Shown here piece after piece: positions 29,391 to 38,788 of a stretch of 64,000 bases of DNA. A program made the translations under genes and the position numbers. The notes below the pieces were generated by a model. It searched no databases. It was not told the origin of the DNA and saw nothing but the letters and a program-made list of their open reading frames with translations. Position 1 is the first letter of the stretch; each line of letters starts with the position of its first letter. Source of the DNA: Candidatus Pacearchaeota archaeon (GTDB lineage Archaea > Nanobdellota > Nanobdellia > Pacearchaeales > GW2011-AR1); NCBI GenBank assembly GCA_018221305.1, contig JAAOYK010000051.1, forward strand, positions 20,085 to 84,084, written 5' to 3'.

Positions 29391-29402
29391 ATTGCTTCTT
29401 CC

Positions 29403-30035
29403 TTATTTTTTACCTAGTAATTTCTTTAAAGCAAACCCAGGGTTTTTCGCTTTTGTTATTGCAGAACTAACAGCAATACCTCGTGCCCCTAACTTCATTG
29501 CAATCTTGATATCATCATTAGTTTTCACGCCAGCACCAACAAGAAAAGGTCGCTTTAATTTTTTTGCAATTTTTTCAATCAGCTCTGGCTTTTCAGTGGA
29601 TACAGATTTGTTCCCAGCCACAAGTTCAGGAGGCTCAATAGCAAGATAGTCTGGTTTTAATTTTTTTAACTTTTTGGCGTCTTTTAAGCTTTTTGCAAAG
29701 ATTAATACTTTTAATCCTACTTCCCTGCATCGCTTAACTGTTTTTTTAATAATTCTAAAAGATAATTGATGCTCACTATGATTTAAGAAAACTCCTTTAG
29801 CGCCATCACGTTTTACAGCTTCAGGCATTATGTATCCAGTATTTCTGCCTAATTCTTGATAATCCACATGTTGTGCAAAAACTTTCAATTTACTTGCCCT
29901 ATGCACCTCATAAATATCACTTGCTTGCACCCCAATAATAACACCCCTATCAACACGCTCAATAGCTTTAGCTAGCCTAATAACATCACGTCCTTGCTTA
30001 TATGTTTTAAGATTAATCACAACAATAGCTTTCAT
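29403..30035 (-). CDS. tpiA: Triosephosphate isomerase, short archaeal type
   Basis: 210 aa. INLKTY, NHSEH and GAGV motifs. Length typical of archaeal TIM. Confidence 0.85.
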   Translation of the reverse strand: MKAIVVINLKTYKQGRDVIRLAKAIERVDRGVIIGVQASDIYEVHRASKLKVFAQHVDYQELGRNTGYIMPEAVKRDGAKGVFLNHSEHQLSFRIIKKTVKRCREVGLKVLIFAKSLKDAKKLKKLKPDYLAIEPPELVAGNKSVSTEKPELIEKIAKKLKRPFLVGAGVKTNDDIKIAMKLGARGIAVSSAITKAKNPGFALKKLLGKK

Positions 30036-30041
30036 TTTGTC

Positions 30042-30785
30042 TTATCCTCTTAGGACAATTTTCTTAAGTTTCTTTGAAAATTGTTTTGGTTTTTCATTTT
30101 GCCACACATTACGCCCTATTGCAAAACCAATACATCCAACATCCATTGCATCTTTAAGTTGTTTTAATAGTTTTTCTTCACTTGCTTTTTTCCCACCAGC
30201 TATAACCACCTTAGCTCTCCCAGCAGCCTTAACAGCCCAAGCTAAATCTTTTAGATTACTACTCCAATGAAGTTTCACAATATCTGCTCCAATTTCAAGA
30301 CCTACACGTGCAGCATATGCCAAAAGTTCTCCTTTAGATTTGCCTTTTATTGATTTTCCTCTAGGATAGATCCAAGCAATGACAGGTAACCCACGTTTAT
30401 GTGCTTCCCTTTGAACAACTTCAAATTCATTCAACATCTCATGCTCGTGCATACTTCCAATATAAATTGTATATCCTACAGCAACAGCGCCAAGTGAAAC
30501 AGCCTCCTCCACAGTACATAACTGCGTTGACATAGGATCTCCTTCAACCAGTTTAGTTCTACCATTAAGTTTTACAATCAAAGGAATTTTTGCTGCTTTA
30601 ATTTGCGCATGATATTTCTCAGCAATACCTTTTTGAAAAATTAAGGCACTAAATTCACCCTTTTTTGCAATATCGATTATATATTCAGGATCAACATTTT
30701 TGTCATTAAAATCTGTTGGACCATGTTCTAATCCTTGATCATATGCTAAGAACATTGCACGCCCTTTTTTTAATATTTTATACAT
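30042..30785 (-). CDS. Class I fructose-bisphosphate aldolase (archaeal DhnA/FbaB type)
   Basis: MFLAYDQGLEHGP and GADIVKLHW (Schiff-base Lys region). The track start at 30806 is GTG. The ATG at 30785 lies ~28 nt from the centre of TTTATAAA (30810-30817). Confidence 0.8.
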   Translation of the reverse strand: MYKILKKGRAMFLAYDQGLEHGPTDFNDKNVDPEYIIDIAKKGEFSALIFQKGIAEKYHAQIKAAKIPLIVKLNGRTKLVEGDPMSTQLCTVEEAVSLGAVAVGYTIYIGSMHEHEMLNEFEVVQREAHKRGLPVIAWIYPRGKSIKGKSKGELLAYAARVGLEIGADIVKLHWSSNLKDLAWAVKAAGRAKVVIAGGKKASEEKLLKQLKDAMDVGCIGFAIGRNVWQNEKPKQFSKKLKKIVLRG

Positions 30786-30850
30786 ACGAATTATCATCAC
30801 ATTCACCTTTTTATAAAGATTACAAGAATTATATGGTTAAAAATCTATGC

Positions 30851-31936
30851 CTAACCAGAGTGATGAGTCATAGAATTAAGTATGTGTTTGATTGACATTC
30901 TTCTTACACTAATAATACTATCAGCCCCACCACTATAAATTAAAAGATCCTTATCATTTAAATCTCTAACAATTCCTGTAGGAAAAACCACATTATTAAT
31001 AAATCCTTTACGCTCATATTTTTTCCCAGGTTTCATTAAAGGCTCTGTTTTTGGGGTTCGTGCAAGAATTTTTTCAGGATTTTTCAGATCCATTAAAAAA
31101 GCTCCAGCACTATACACTCCACGCTCTCCACGACCGCCAATGCCATGATAAATTTCTAACCAACCCTCATTAGTTTTTATTGGAGGACAACCAGACCCAA
31201 TACGCCTTTCATCCCACGAATTTCTTCTAGGATGAACAATACTTTTATCCTCCCCCCAAAAAGTTAAATCCTTAGAATACGAAATCCAAATTGATGGTTT
31301 AGAAAAACTAAAAAAACCTTCCGGACGATGCAAGGCAACATACATTCCATTAATTTTTTCAGGAAAAATTACAACATCTTTATTTTGTTCTCTAAAAATA
31401 ATTCCTTCACGTTTCCAGGACTTTAAATTTTTTGAGATCGCCAAAGCAGTAGACGCACCTTCGTAACTAGAAACAGCTACATAAGTCATCAAATATTTCC
31501 GCCCAATCTTAGTCAGGCGTGGATCTTCCACCCCCAAATTTCCATCATGAGGCATACCTGTAAAAAATGGTTTTTGATAAATCTTTTTTATATTAAACCC
31601 ATTTTTATCCAAAATAACTTTTCTAAGATGTGACAAATTAAGTAATCTACAAACTCCATCACGCAGGTATAAAACATTTCCTTTTTTCTCTAAAATCTCT
31701 CGTTTCAAACGTCTATTTAATCTATACTTATAATGAGACTGATCTTTTGACACAATCATAGGACTTCCAAGATGTTTTCGTTTTATAGGACCTTCAGCAA
31801 CCCGTACATACAACATAATATCCCCATTAGGTAAACGTATCGCTGCAGGATTAAATACTCCCTCAACTTCCATACCTCGCAGCGAAGATTCGAAATCTTC
31901 TGGTTTTAGTAAAAGTTTATCGCTTAATTTACCCAT
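30851..31936 (-). CDS. GH130-family glycoside phosphorylase/hydrolase (beta-mannoside type)
   Basis: 361 aa. GVFNPAAI, VEDPRLTKIG and five-bladed propeller-like repeats. Confidence 0.75.
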   Translation of the reverse strand: MGKLSDKLLLKPEDFESSLRGMEVEGVFNPAAIRLPNGDIMLYVRVAEGPIKRKHLGSPMIVSKDQSHYKYRLNRRLKREILEKKGNVLYLRDGVCRLLNLSHLRKVILDKNGFNIKKIYQKPFFTGMPHDGNLGVEDPRLTKIGRKYLMTYVAVSSYEGASTALAISKNLKSWKREGIIFREQNKDVVIFPEKINGMYVALHRPEGFFSFSKPSIWISYSKDLTFWGEDKSIVHPRRNSWDERRIGSGCPPIKTNEGWLEIYHGIGGRGERGVYSAGAFLMDLKNPEKILARTPKTEPLMKPGKKYERKGFINNVVFPTGIVRDLNDKDLLIYSGGADSIISVRRMSIKHILNSMTHHSG

Positions 31937-31950
31937 TTTTTATCACCATA

Positions 31951-32853
31951 TTATTTAAGTTTCATTGTCAAAAGTTTATTTTTTGCTCCAATATATCTTA
32001 AAACGGACTCACCTTCTTTTAATCCAAATTTTAAGCACTTATCAATAGACCACCCAAGAATCATTCCAGCAACAAATCCAGAAGCAAATGCATCTCCTGC
32101 CCCAGTACGCTCGACAACTCGAACCTTATTCGGTTTTAAAAAATATTTCCGCTTTCCATCAAAAGCTTGGATCGGATTATCCTTATCAGTGATTACAACA
32201 ACATCTGGTCCAAGTTTATGCAAATCAGCTAGTAGATCTTTAGATTTTTTACCTATAAGAAGCACTGCTTCCTCCTTATTTAAAACAAGAACTGTGGCCA
32301 TTTTTAATAAAGGTTTTAAATTTTTTTGAGTTATTAGATATTCACTCGGATTTATTGCAAGCTTTACTCCTTTTTTTGTTAAGATTTTTGCCAATTGAAC
32401 TTGAGTCCCAAAACTTTGCCCAAGCATAGAAGAATAATAAAGCCACTTAGTCTTAACTTTTTTTAATTGAATATCTTTCAAATCAATATGATCATTAATT
32501 CCCTTATAAGTCAAAATTGTTCGACTTTTCTCTTTACTATCCAACACCACAGAATACCCACTCGGCCCATCATTAGAACGAGACCCTAAAAATTTAATCT
32601 TTTCTTTTTTTAATAAATTTAAAATTCGATCCCCATTTGAATCAAATCCAACTTCACCAATATAACCAGTCTTCAATCCCAACCTAGAAAAAGCAACAGC
32701 AGTGTTAGTTCCACCACCACCAACATCAAACCTCAGGTTCTTAATTAATATTTTCGACCCTACAGGATATGATATAAATTTCTTTTTTTCACTAACATCA
32801 GTATCTACAAAAGTATCTACAACTGCAGACCCAAAAGTTATAACGTCAAACAT
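31951..32853 (-). CDS. PfkB-family carbohydrate kinase
   Basis: 300 aa. GGGGTN and TGAGDAF motifs. Confidence 0.8.
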   Translation of the reverse strand: MFDVITFGSAVVDTFVDTDVSEKKKFISYPVGSKILIKNLRFDVGGGGTNTAVAFSRLGLKTGYIGEVGFDSNGDRILNLLKKEKIKFLGSRSNDGPSGYSVVLDSKEKSRTILTYKGINDHIDLKDIQLKKVKTKWLYYSSMLGQSFGTQVQLAKILTKKGVKLAINPSEYLITQKNLKPLLKMATVLVLNKEEAVLLIGKKSKDLLADLHKLGPDVVVITDKDNPIQAFDGKRKYFLKPNKVRVVERTGAGDAFASGFVAGMILGWSIDKCLKFGLKEGESVLRYIGAKNKLLTMKLK

Positions 32854-32969
32854 TTACTTTTTTATAACCTCTTTTTATACCATCACAAGGTTTACTTCTC
32901 TTAAAAACCTTACCATCCAAACTCTCCTAACCAATAAAAATAATTACTAAAATAAAAAAAAAAGCTAAA

Positions 32970-33164
32970 TTATGGTACTAAAAAATACCAAGCCGCGCCA
33001 AGTATTCCTAAAACCACAATTGCAATTATTACCCACATCCACCACGTCATCTTCTTACCACCTTCAACAGGTGCTGCTCCTGGTTGTGCTGGTGCACCCC
33101 CTACAGGTTTTACAACGGGCTTTGCTACAGGTTTTACAATTGGTTTTTGTGCAGTTACTGCCAT
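32970..33164 (-). CDS. Small single-TM protein with KPV(A/V) repeats
   Basis: 64 aa: MAVTAQKPIVKPVAKPVVKPVGGAPAQPGAAP...WWMWVIIAIVVLGILGAAWYFLVP. GGAGGT Shine-Dalgarno (33173-33178) lies 8 nt upstream of the ATG. The mirror + strand ORF has neither. Confidence 0.55.
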   Translation of the reverse strand: MAVTAQKPIVKPVAKPVVKPVGGAPAQPGAAPVEGGKKMTWWMWVIIAIVVLGILGAAWYFLVP

Positions 33165-33241
33165 AAATTTTTACCTCCTTTTCTTTTCTATTACTATGAT
33201 TAATAAAGCAAATTTTGATTAATAAACGTTTTGATTCCGAA

Positions 33242-34360
33242 TTATCTTAACGCATCAAGCCCTGGAAGCCTTTCTCCGGCAATAAATCTAAGAAGCGCTC
33301 CACCAGACAAACTAATATGAGAAAATCCTTGTCGACTAATCTTTGAAGCTTCCATTGCGTCGCTAAGATGCCCGCCCCCGATTAAACTAAAAGCAGAACT
33401 TTTTGCAATCGCCCTCAAAATAGCAAAAGTACCTTTACAAAACTTTTTTTCAGCACAAAATCCAGCAGGCCCTTTCATATAAATAGCCTTAGCCTTTTTT
33501 ATTTCATTTTCAAATAAAGCAATTGTTTTTTCACCAATATCAAAAATTTCATACTTACTTGGAAACTCACTTAGATCAAGTTCATAACGTTTAGCATCTT
33601 TAAGCACTGCAAAATCTTTAGGCAAAGTAACATTTTTCAGTCTTTTTCTTAATTTCTTTGCAAGATATAACTCACTTTTTAAATAATCATTCTGAGCGCC
33701 AAGATTCTTTCCTTTAGAAATCAGACACAACTGCCCAAAAAGCCCACATGCCAATACCTTATTTTTTCCTAACAAAATTATATTTTCTTCAGGCTTAGCA
33801 CCCCCTAAGATGTACAAACAATTTTTGACTTGTATTTTTTTCAATGCATTAACTTCTCTTTCCAAAATCCGGCCCATACAACTAGGGAAATATTTTGGAA
33901 AACTAACAATACTAGTTTGTCTTCGGTGACAAACAGAAAAAGCATCATTTACATAAATATCCACTATCCCCATAAAAAATTTAACTAGATCATTTTTTCC
34001 AGGTTTAAACTCTTCTTCTAAAAATCGGACATTTTCAAGCAGGATAGCTTCCCCATTTTTCATTTTACCAATTTCTTCTCTTGCACGATCTCCAATTATA
34101 TCCTTAACAAACTTAACCTTAGTATACTTACAAAGATATTTCACATGTTGTTCTAAACTAACATAATCATCTTTACCTTTTCGTCCCTGATGAGCTAATA
34201 TTATAACTTTAGCCCCCTTCTTCTTCAACTCTTTAATAGTTTTTACAGACTCTTTAATACGCATACTTAAAAGCACTCTTCCGTTAACAACGTCACTATT
34301 TAAATCACTTCGAAGAAGCACAGTTTTACCCAAAAAATCAAAATCATTTAATGTTTTCAT
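33242..34360 (-). CDS. pgk: Phosphoglycerate kinase (archaeal type)
   Basis: 372 aa. LRSDLNS, ILAHQGRKG, GGGHLSDA motifs. Confidence 0.9.
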   Translation of the reverse strand: MKTLNDFDFLGKTVLLRSDLNSDVVNGRVLLSMRIKESVKTIKELKKKGAKVIILAHQGRKGKDDYVSLEQHVKYLCKYTKVKFVKDIIGDRAREEIGKMKNGEAILLENVRFLEEEFKPGKNDLVKFFMGIVDIYVNDAFSVCHRRQTSIVSFPKYFPSCMGRILEREVNALKKIQVKNCLYILGGAKPEENIILLGKNKVLACGLFGQLCLISKGKNLGAQNDYLKSELYLAKKLRKRLKNVTLPKDFAVLKDAKRYELDLSEFPSKYEIFDIGEKTIALFENEIKKAKAIYMKGPAGFCAEKKFCKGTFAILRAIAKSSAFSLIGGGHLSDAMEASKISRQGFSHISLSGGALLRFIAGERLPGLDALR

Positions 34361-34372
34361 TCTAATTAATTC

Positions 34373-35377
34373 TCACTTTTTACTTAATTTTTTAATTAGA
34401 TCAACTAGCCTGCAGCTATATCCCCATTCATTATCATACCATGCAAGAATTTTTACCATTGTACCTTTATCGCGCTTGTCATTTAACACCTGAGTCGACA
34501 AACCATCAATAATTGATGAGTGCGTATTTTTAATAATATCATTTGATACAATTTCATCTTCAGTATATTGTAAAATTCCTCGAAGACGCCCAATGCTTGC
34601 CCTCTCCAAAGTCTTATTCACCTCATTAATAGTAACAGGTTTTTTTAATTCGCACACAAAGTCTACAATACTACCACACGCAACAGGAACACGTAAAGAA
34701 AGGCCATCCATTTTACCTTTTAATTGAGGAATAACTACTCCAACAGCACTTGTTGCCCCACTACTTGTTGGAATAATATTTTGTGCAGCAGCACGTGCTC
34801 GTCTTAATTTTTTATGCGGAACATCCAAAATCTTTTGATCATTAGTATATGCATGAACAGTAGTCATAAATCCTCTTTTTATTCCATATTTATCGTTTAA
34901 AACCTTAGCAACAGGTGCCAAACAATTAGTAGTACATGAGGCCATTGAAATTATTTTATGCTTTTTCTTCAACTCCTTATCATTAACCCCTAAGACAAGC
35001 ATTACATCAGGATCAGAACTTGGTGCAGATATTACAACGCGTCTAGCTCCAGCCTTAATATGCATACTAGCTTTCCCATGATCCTTAAAAATACCAGTTG
35101 ATTCAATAACAACATCAACCTTCAAATCATTCCATGGAAGATTTAATGGATCTTTTTGCTTAAAAACTTTTATGCGTCGACCATCAATAGAAATATAATC
35201 ATCACCATACTCAACACGTTTATCATACACACCAAACACACTATCATACTTAAGAAGATATGCCAAAGTTTTTGTATCAGTTAAATCATTAATCCCTACA
35301 AAATTTATCCCTCGATCAAGCCCAATTTTTAAGACAGCCCGACCGATACGCCCAAAACCATTAATTGCTACCCTCAT
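34373..35377 (-). CDS. gap: Glyceraldehyde-3-phosphate dehydrogenase, type I (bacterial/eukaryal class)
   Basis: 334 aa. INGFGRIGR and active-site SCTTNCLAP. Confidence 0.9.
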   Translation of the reverse strand: MRVAINGFGRIGRAVLKIGLDRGINFVGINDLTDTKTLAYLLKYDSVFGVYDKRVEYGDDYISIDGRRIKVFKQKDPLNLPWNDLKVDVVIESTGIFKDHGKASMHIKAGARRVVISAPSSDPDVMLVLGVNDKELKKKHKIISMASCTTNCLAPVAKVLNDKYGIKRGFMTTVHAYTNDQKILDVPHKKLRRARAAAQNIIPTSSGATSAVGVVIPQLKGKMDGLSLRVPVACGSIVDFVCELKKPVTINEVNKTLERASIGRLRGILQYTEDEIVSNDIIKNTHSSIIDGLSTQVLNDKRDKGTMVKILAWYDNEWGYSCRLVDLIKKLSKK

Positions 35378-35423
35378 TTTTTTAAGTCCTCTTATACAAT
35401 ATGAGAAAGTTCTTTTTTTTATA

Positions 35424-35447
35424 AAGCTTTGTTTTCAAACAAAGCTT
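35424..35447. promoter_or_regulatory. Perfect 24-bp palindrome AAGCTTTGTTT-TC-AAACAAAGCTT upstream of the gap promoter
   Basis: 11-nt arms read directly from the sequence. It abuts the A/T box CTTTATAAAAA (minus strand) about 45 nt upstream of the gap ATG. Confidence 0.5.
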
Positions 35448-35622
35448 ACCTCTTCAAGCCCTGATAATTGCTCCACCAATTAGAAACATTATATCCACAT
35501 CGTGCCCTAGCTTCATACTGATAAAGATTTAATGCTCCCTTAATAGAATCTGGCTGCTCAATAGTTTCAACAGGTGTATCTTGTGCTTTTGCTTCTAATT
35601 TTTTCTTTTTAGCTTTACTCAT
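35446..35622 (-). CDS. Possible small ORF (58 aa)
   Basis: Hand translation: MSKAKKKKLEAKAQDTPVETIEQPDSIKGALNLYQYEARARCGYNVSNWWSNYQGLKR. Below the track length cutoff, with no recognisable family. Confidence 0.2.
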   Translation of the reverse strand: MSKAKKKKLEAKAQDTPVETIEQPDSIKGALNLYQYEARARCGYNVSNWWSNYQGLKR

Positions 35623-35673
35623 AGGATAAACATCAAAACAAACATTATAAACACTTATATAACAATAAAAAGA

Positions 35674-36657
35674 TTAAAGATACCCAGACTCAATCAAATT
35701 CTCTTTAATCCTTCCTTTAACATTCCCAATAGTATAATCAAATTCCTTTCCAGTAATCATCTCATAAAGCTGGATATATCTCTTGCTTAGTTCAACAACC
35801 AATTCTTCAGGCGCTTCAGGCAATATTTCATCATTATAAGGATCACAATTTTTATCAAACCATAATCTTAAAAATTCTTTATCAATATTTTCAGGTTCTT
35901 CCCCTCTTTTAAATCTCTCCATATAGCTTTCCTTAATCCACCATCTAGAAGAATCCGGAGTAAATACCTCATCAATTAAATAAATCCCTCCATCCTTATC
36001 ATATCCAAATTCTTTTTTTGTATCAGCTAAAATCAATCCATTCTTTTCTGCAATCTCCTGCCCTCTTTTAAATAATTTTCTTACCTTGCCTGAAACATAA
36101 TCCCATTGATCTTTTGTCATCAAGCCTCTTTTAATAATTTCTTCAGCAGAAATCTTTTCATCATGTTCAGTGCTTTTTGTCGTCGGTGTTATTATTGGTT
36201 TTTCAAACTTCTGATTTTTCCTCAAACCTTCTGGCAAAACATTACCGCAAAAATTCCTCTCACCCCTAGAATAATTAACCCATGCAGAAGTATCAGTAAC
36301 TCCTGTTATGTATCCCCGTATAACAAACTCAACAGGAAACACATTTAACTTCTTGCATACAACAACATTTGGATCTGGAACATCCAAGACATGATTTTGA
36401 ATAATATCTTTTGTTTCATTAAACCAATAAGCAGAAGTCTGAGTCAGCACCTGACCTTTAAATGGAATATTTGCCAAATTTCTATCAAATGCAGATTGCC
36501 TATCTGTAGATATCAAAAAAACTTTATCATCCTTTACATAGACATCTCTTACTTTCCCCTTATATTTTGTACCTAACCCTGGAAAATTAGTTTCTTTTAA
36601 AGTATACTGCATCTGCAGTTTTATATCTTCAGTCCTTTTTTCTAAATCATGCACCAT
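35674..36657 (-). CDS. purC: SAICAR synthetase (long form)
   Basis: 327 aa. GKVRDVY, LISTDRQSAFD, ADTKKEFG motifs. Confidence 0.85.
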   Translation of the reverse strand: MVHDLEKRTEDIKLQMQYTLKETNFPGLGTKYKGKVRDVYVKDDKVFLISTDRQSAFDRNLANIPFKGQVLTQTSAYWFNETKDIIQNHVLDVPDPNVVVCKKLNVFPVEFVIRGYITGVTDTSAWVNYSRGERNFCGNVLPEGLRKNQKFEKPIITPTTKSTEHDEKISAEEIIKRGLMTKDQWDYVSGKVRKLFKRGQEIAEKNGLILADTKKEFGYDKDGGIYLIDEVFTPDSSRWWIKESYMERFKRGEEPENIDKEFLRLWFDKNCDPYNDEILPEAPEELVVELSKRYIQLYEMITGKEFDYTIGNVKGRIKENLIESGYL

Positions 36658-36736
36658 TTTTCACAGCATAAAAAAGAAAAATGCCTTTTTGAATATTTAT
36701 ATGATTAATTAATATCATTAAAATAATGAACATCCC

Positions 36737-37774
36737 CTACTTCCGTTTCAAATGCACATCACGTTGAGGAAAAGGAATATCTATTTTATGCTTACCTAAG
36801 ATATTATAAATTCGAGTGTTTGCTTCATCAATTGTCCCAAACCGGTTTTCAAAACTATCAACATAATAATATGCTTTAAAATTAAGTGATGAGTCTGCCA
36901 TTTCAACAAACCGAACAACAGGCACAGGATCTGGCAAGACATGATCAATAGTTTTTATCTGGTCAAAAATAAGTTTTTTAACCTTATTGATATCGCTCCC
37001 ATAGGCAACACTAAAAGGCACAACAGCCCGTGTTTTAGGCTCAGGCAATGCAACATTTTGAATAGTACTATCAGCAAGCTTACTATTAGGCACAATGATT
37101 AATTCATTATCAAAAGTCACTATACGAGTACTTCTAAGCCCAATCTTTTTAATCTTACCTTTAGTTGATGCATCTAAATATACCAAATCCCCTACTCGAA
37201 CAGATTTATCCATAATCATAGCAACACCAGAAAAAATATTAGATAAGGTCGGCTGTAATGCTAATGCAACTGCCAAACCTGCCAATCCAAGGCCTGCCAA
37301 AAGTGGTGCAATCTCAACACCCCATAAATCAAGAATATACAAAAATATCAGGAAGATTACGACAACCTTTAAAATACCATGGATTAAAGAGGCCAGACTT
37401 TCACTAGCACCAATCTTTGCTTTACGTGCAACCTTTGTCCATGCACGAAAGACAATAACATCAACAATTGCATAAATCAAGATCCCAACAGCTATAACAA
37501 TACCTGAATAAATAAACGAATTAATATTTTTAGATAAGCTACCTGCTAAACCTAACTCTTTGATTGCAATATTAAGGCTTATAAAAAACATTAAAAGAGT
37601 AACTGGAAAAGAAGACTTTTCAAGCAAAATATCATCCAAATCAGTCTTAGTTTTTCTCACCATTCGCAAGATAACTCTCTCAACAATTGCAGCAAAAATT
37701 TTTAATAAAAAAAGCAATCCTACAAAGATTACTCCTGCCCTTACATAATTGTTTGCAAAATATTGTTCCAACAT
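36737..37774 (-). CDS. MscS-family mechanosensitive channel
   Basis: 345 aa. N-terminal TM helices, pore-lining GLAGLAVALALQ, then a beta-domain (VRVGDLV...GKIKKIGLRST). Confidence 0.85.
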   Translation of the reverse strand: MLEQYFANNYVRAGVIFVGLLFLLKIFAAIVERVILRMVRKTKTDLDDILLEKSSFPVTLLMFFISLNIAIKELGLAGSLSKNINSFIYSGIVIAVGILIYAIVDVIVFRAWTKVARKAKIGASESLASLIHGILKVVVIFLIFLYILDLWGVEIAPLLAGLGLAGLAVALALQPTLSNIFSGVAMIMDKSVRVGDLVYLDASTKGKIKKIGLRSTRIVTFDNELIIVPNSKLADSTIQNVALPEPKTRAVVPFSVAYGSDINKVKKLIFDQIKTIDHVLPDPVPVVRFVEMADSSLNFKAYYYVDSFENRFGTIDEANTRIYNILGKHKIDIPFPQRDVHLKRK

Positions 37775-37811
37775 TGTCTACTTCAAAACTTATAATAATT
37801 AGTTAATAAAA

Positions 37812-38786
37812 TTAACCCTTAACAGCCCCAAAAACAATTGATCCATTACAGGTTCCTGCAACGTCGAGTGGTACATACATTCTCCAATAAGTATTGTTTG
37901 ATGCAAAACTTTCAGTATCATTAACCCTATAAGCTAAATTAAAACCAGTTTGCAGAACAGGTGATGAGGTAAGGTTAGTATAAAAACTTCCAAAGTTTGA
38001 TAATGTAAGACCTCCAGCAGTAGAAGCTGTTATGTTAAACCTTTCATGCCCTATAGGAATATTTCCAACATCGCCTAAAGTACAATTCATTGATAGATTA
38101 TCCCCAGAACTAATCCCATAACCATCCAGATTAACATCAAGCCTTACATTTCCAAGATTTGTAACCTCAGCAGTTTGTTCTGCCGAAACATAAGTTGAAT
38201 TAACAGTCCCATAATTTATAGAGTTGGGCAGCCCAATAGCCAACAATTCGCTTACATTTTGTGTGGCATTTTCTGTATCTTGTTGCGAAGTATTATCAGT
38301 AACCACAACAGTACATGTCCAACTTGTTGGATTTGCATAATATTCTATAGTAAAATTACATGTAGCCCTTAAAGTATAATTAGTGCCATAACTAAGATTT
38401 AAAGTACAATTATTATCTCTGTAATGATCATTTTTGTCAGCGCCTCCTTCATAACTAGAATTTTTATCATCATACAGCCTTCCAGTAACATTTTCAACAT
38501 CAGATTCATTATCCCAATCCTGAATAATAGCAATACAAGTAACATTTACAGTAGAATTTGCACTCAATACAATATTAGAATTATTATTTAACGTCACATT
38601 CATGATCTCTGGTGCAACACGTGCAACAACTAAACTGGCAATCACAGTAGCATTTGGTTCACCAGTAATCCCGTTAACACTTGGACTAAAAATCAAAAAA
38701 CCAAAAACAAACAAACAAATTTCAATTAAAGCAAAGGCTAAAATTATCGTTTCAAGTTTTATTTTATTAAATTTTATACGTGTCAT
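37812..38786 (-). CDS. Secreted/anchored beta-rich protein, N-glycosylation-sequon rich
   Basis: 324 aa with an N-terminal hydrophobic segment and many NxS/T sequons. Starts 2 nt after the upstream stop (operon with 38789-39523). Confidence 0.6.
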   Translation of the reverse strand: MTRIKFNKIKLETIILAFALIEICLFVFGFLIFSPSVNGITGEPNATVIASLVVARVAPEIMNVTLNNNSNIVLSANSTVNVTCIAIIQDWDNESDVENVTGRLYDDKNSSYEGGADKNDHYRDNNCTLNLSYGTNYTLRATCNFTIEYYANPTSWTCTVVVTDNTSQQDTENATQNVSELLAIGLPNSINYGTVNSTYVSAEQTAEVTNLGNVRLDVNLDGYGISSGDNLSMNCTLGDVGNIPIGHERFNITASTAGGLTLSNFGSFYTNLTSSPVLQTGFNLAYRVNDTESFASNNTYWRMYVPLDVAGTCNGSIVFGAVKG

Positions 38787-38788
38787 GT

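Noticed and set aside
32972-33166. Plus-strand 64-aa mirror ORF of the KPV-repeat gene
   Set aside because: It has no SD or promoter and no TM or motif. The minus-strand frame has a GGAGGT SD at ideal spacing and a clear TM helix.
36690-36725. AT-only near-palindrome ATGATTAATTAATATCAT between purC and mscS
   Set aside because: It is imperfect (the centre is shifted) and made only of A/T. Such sequences are expected by chance in this composition.
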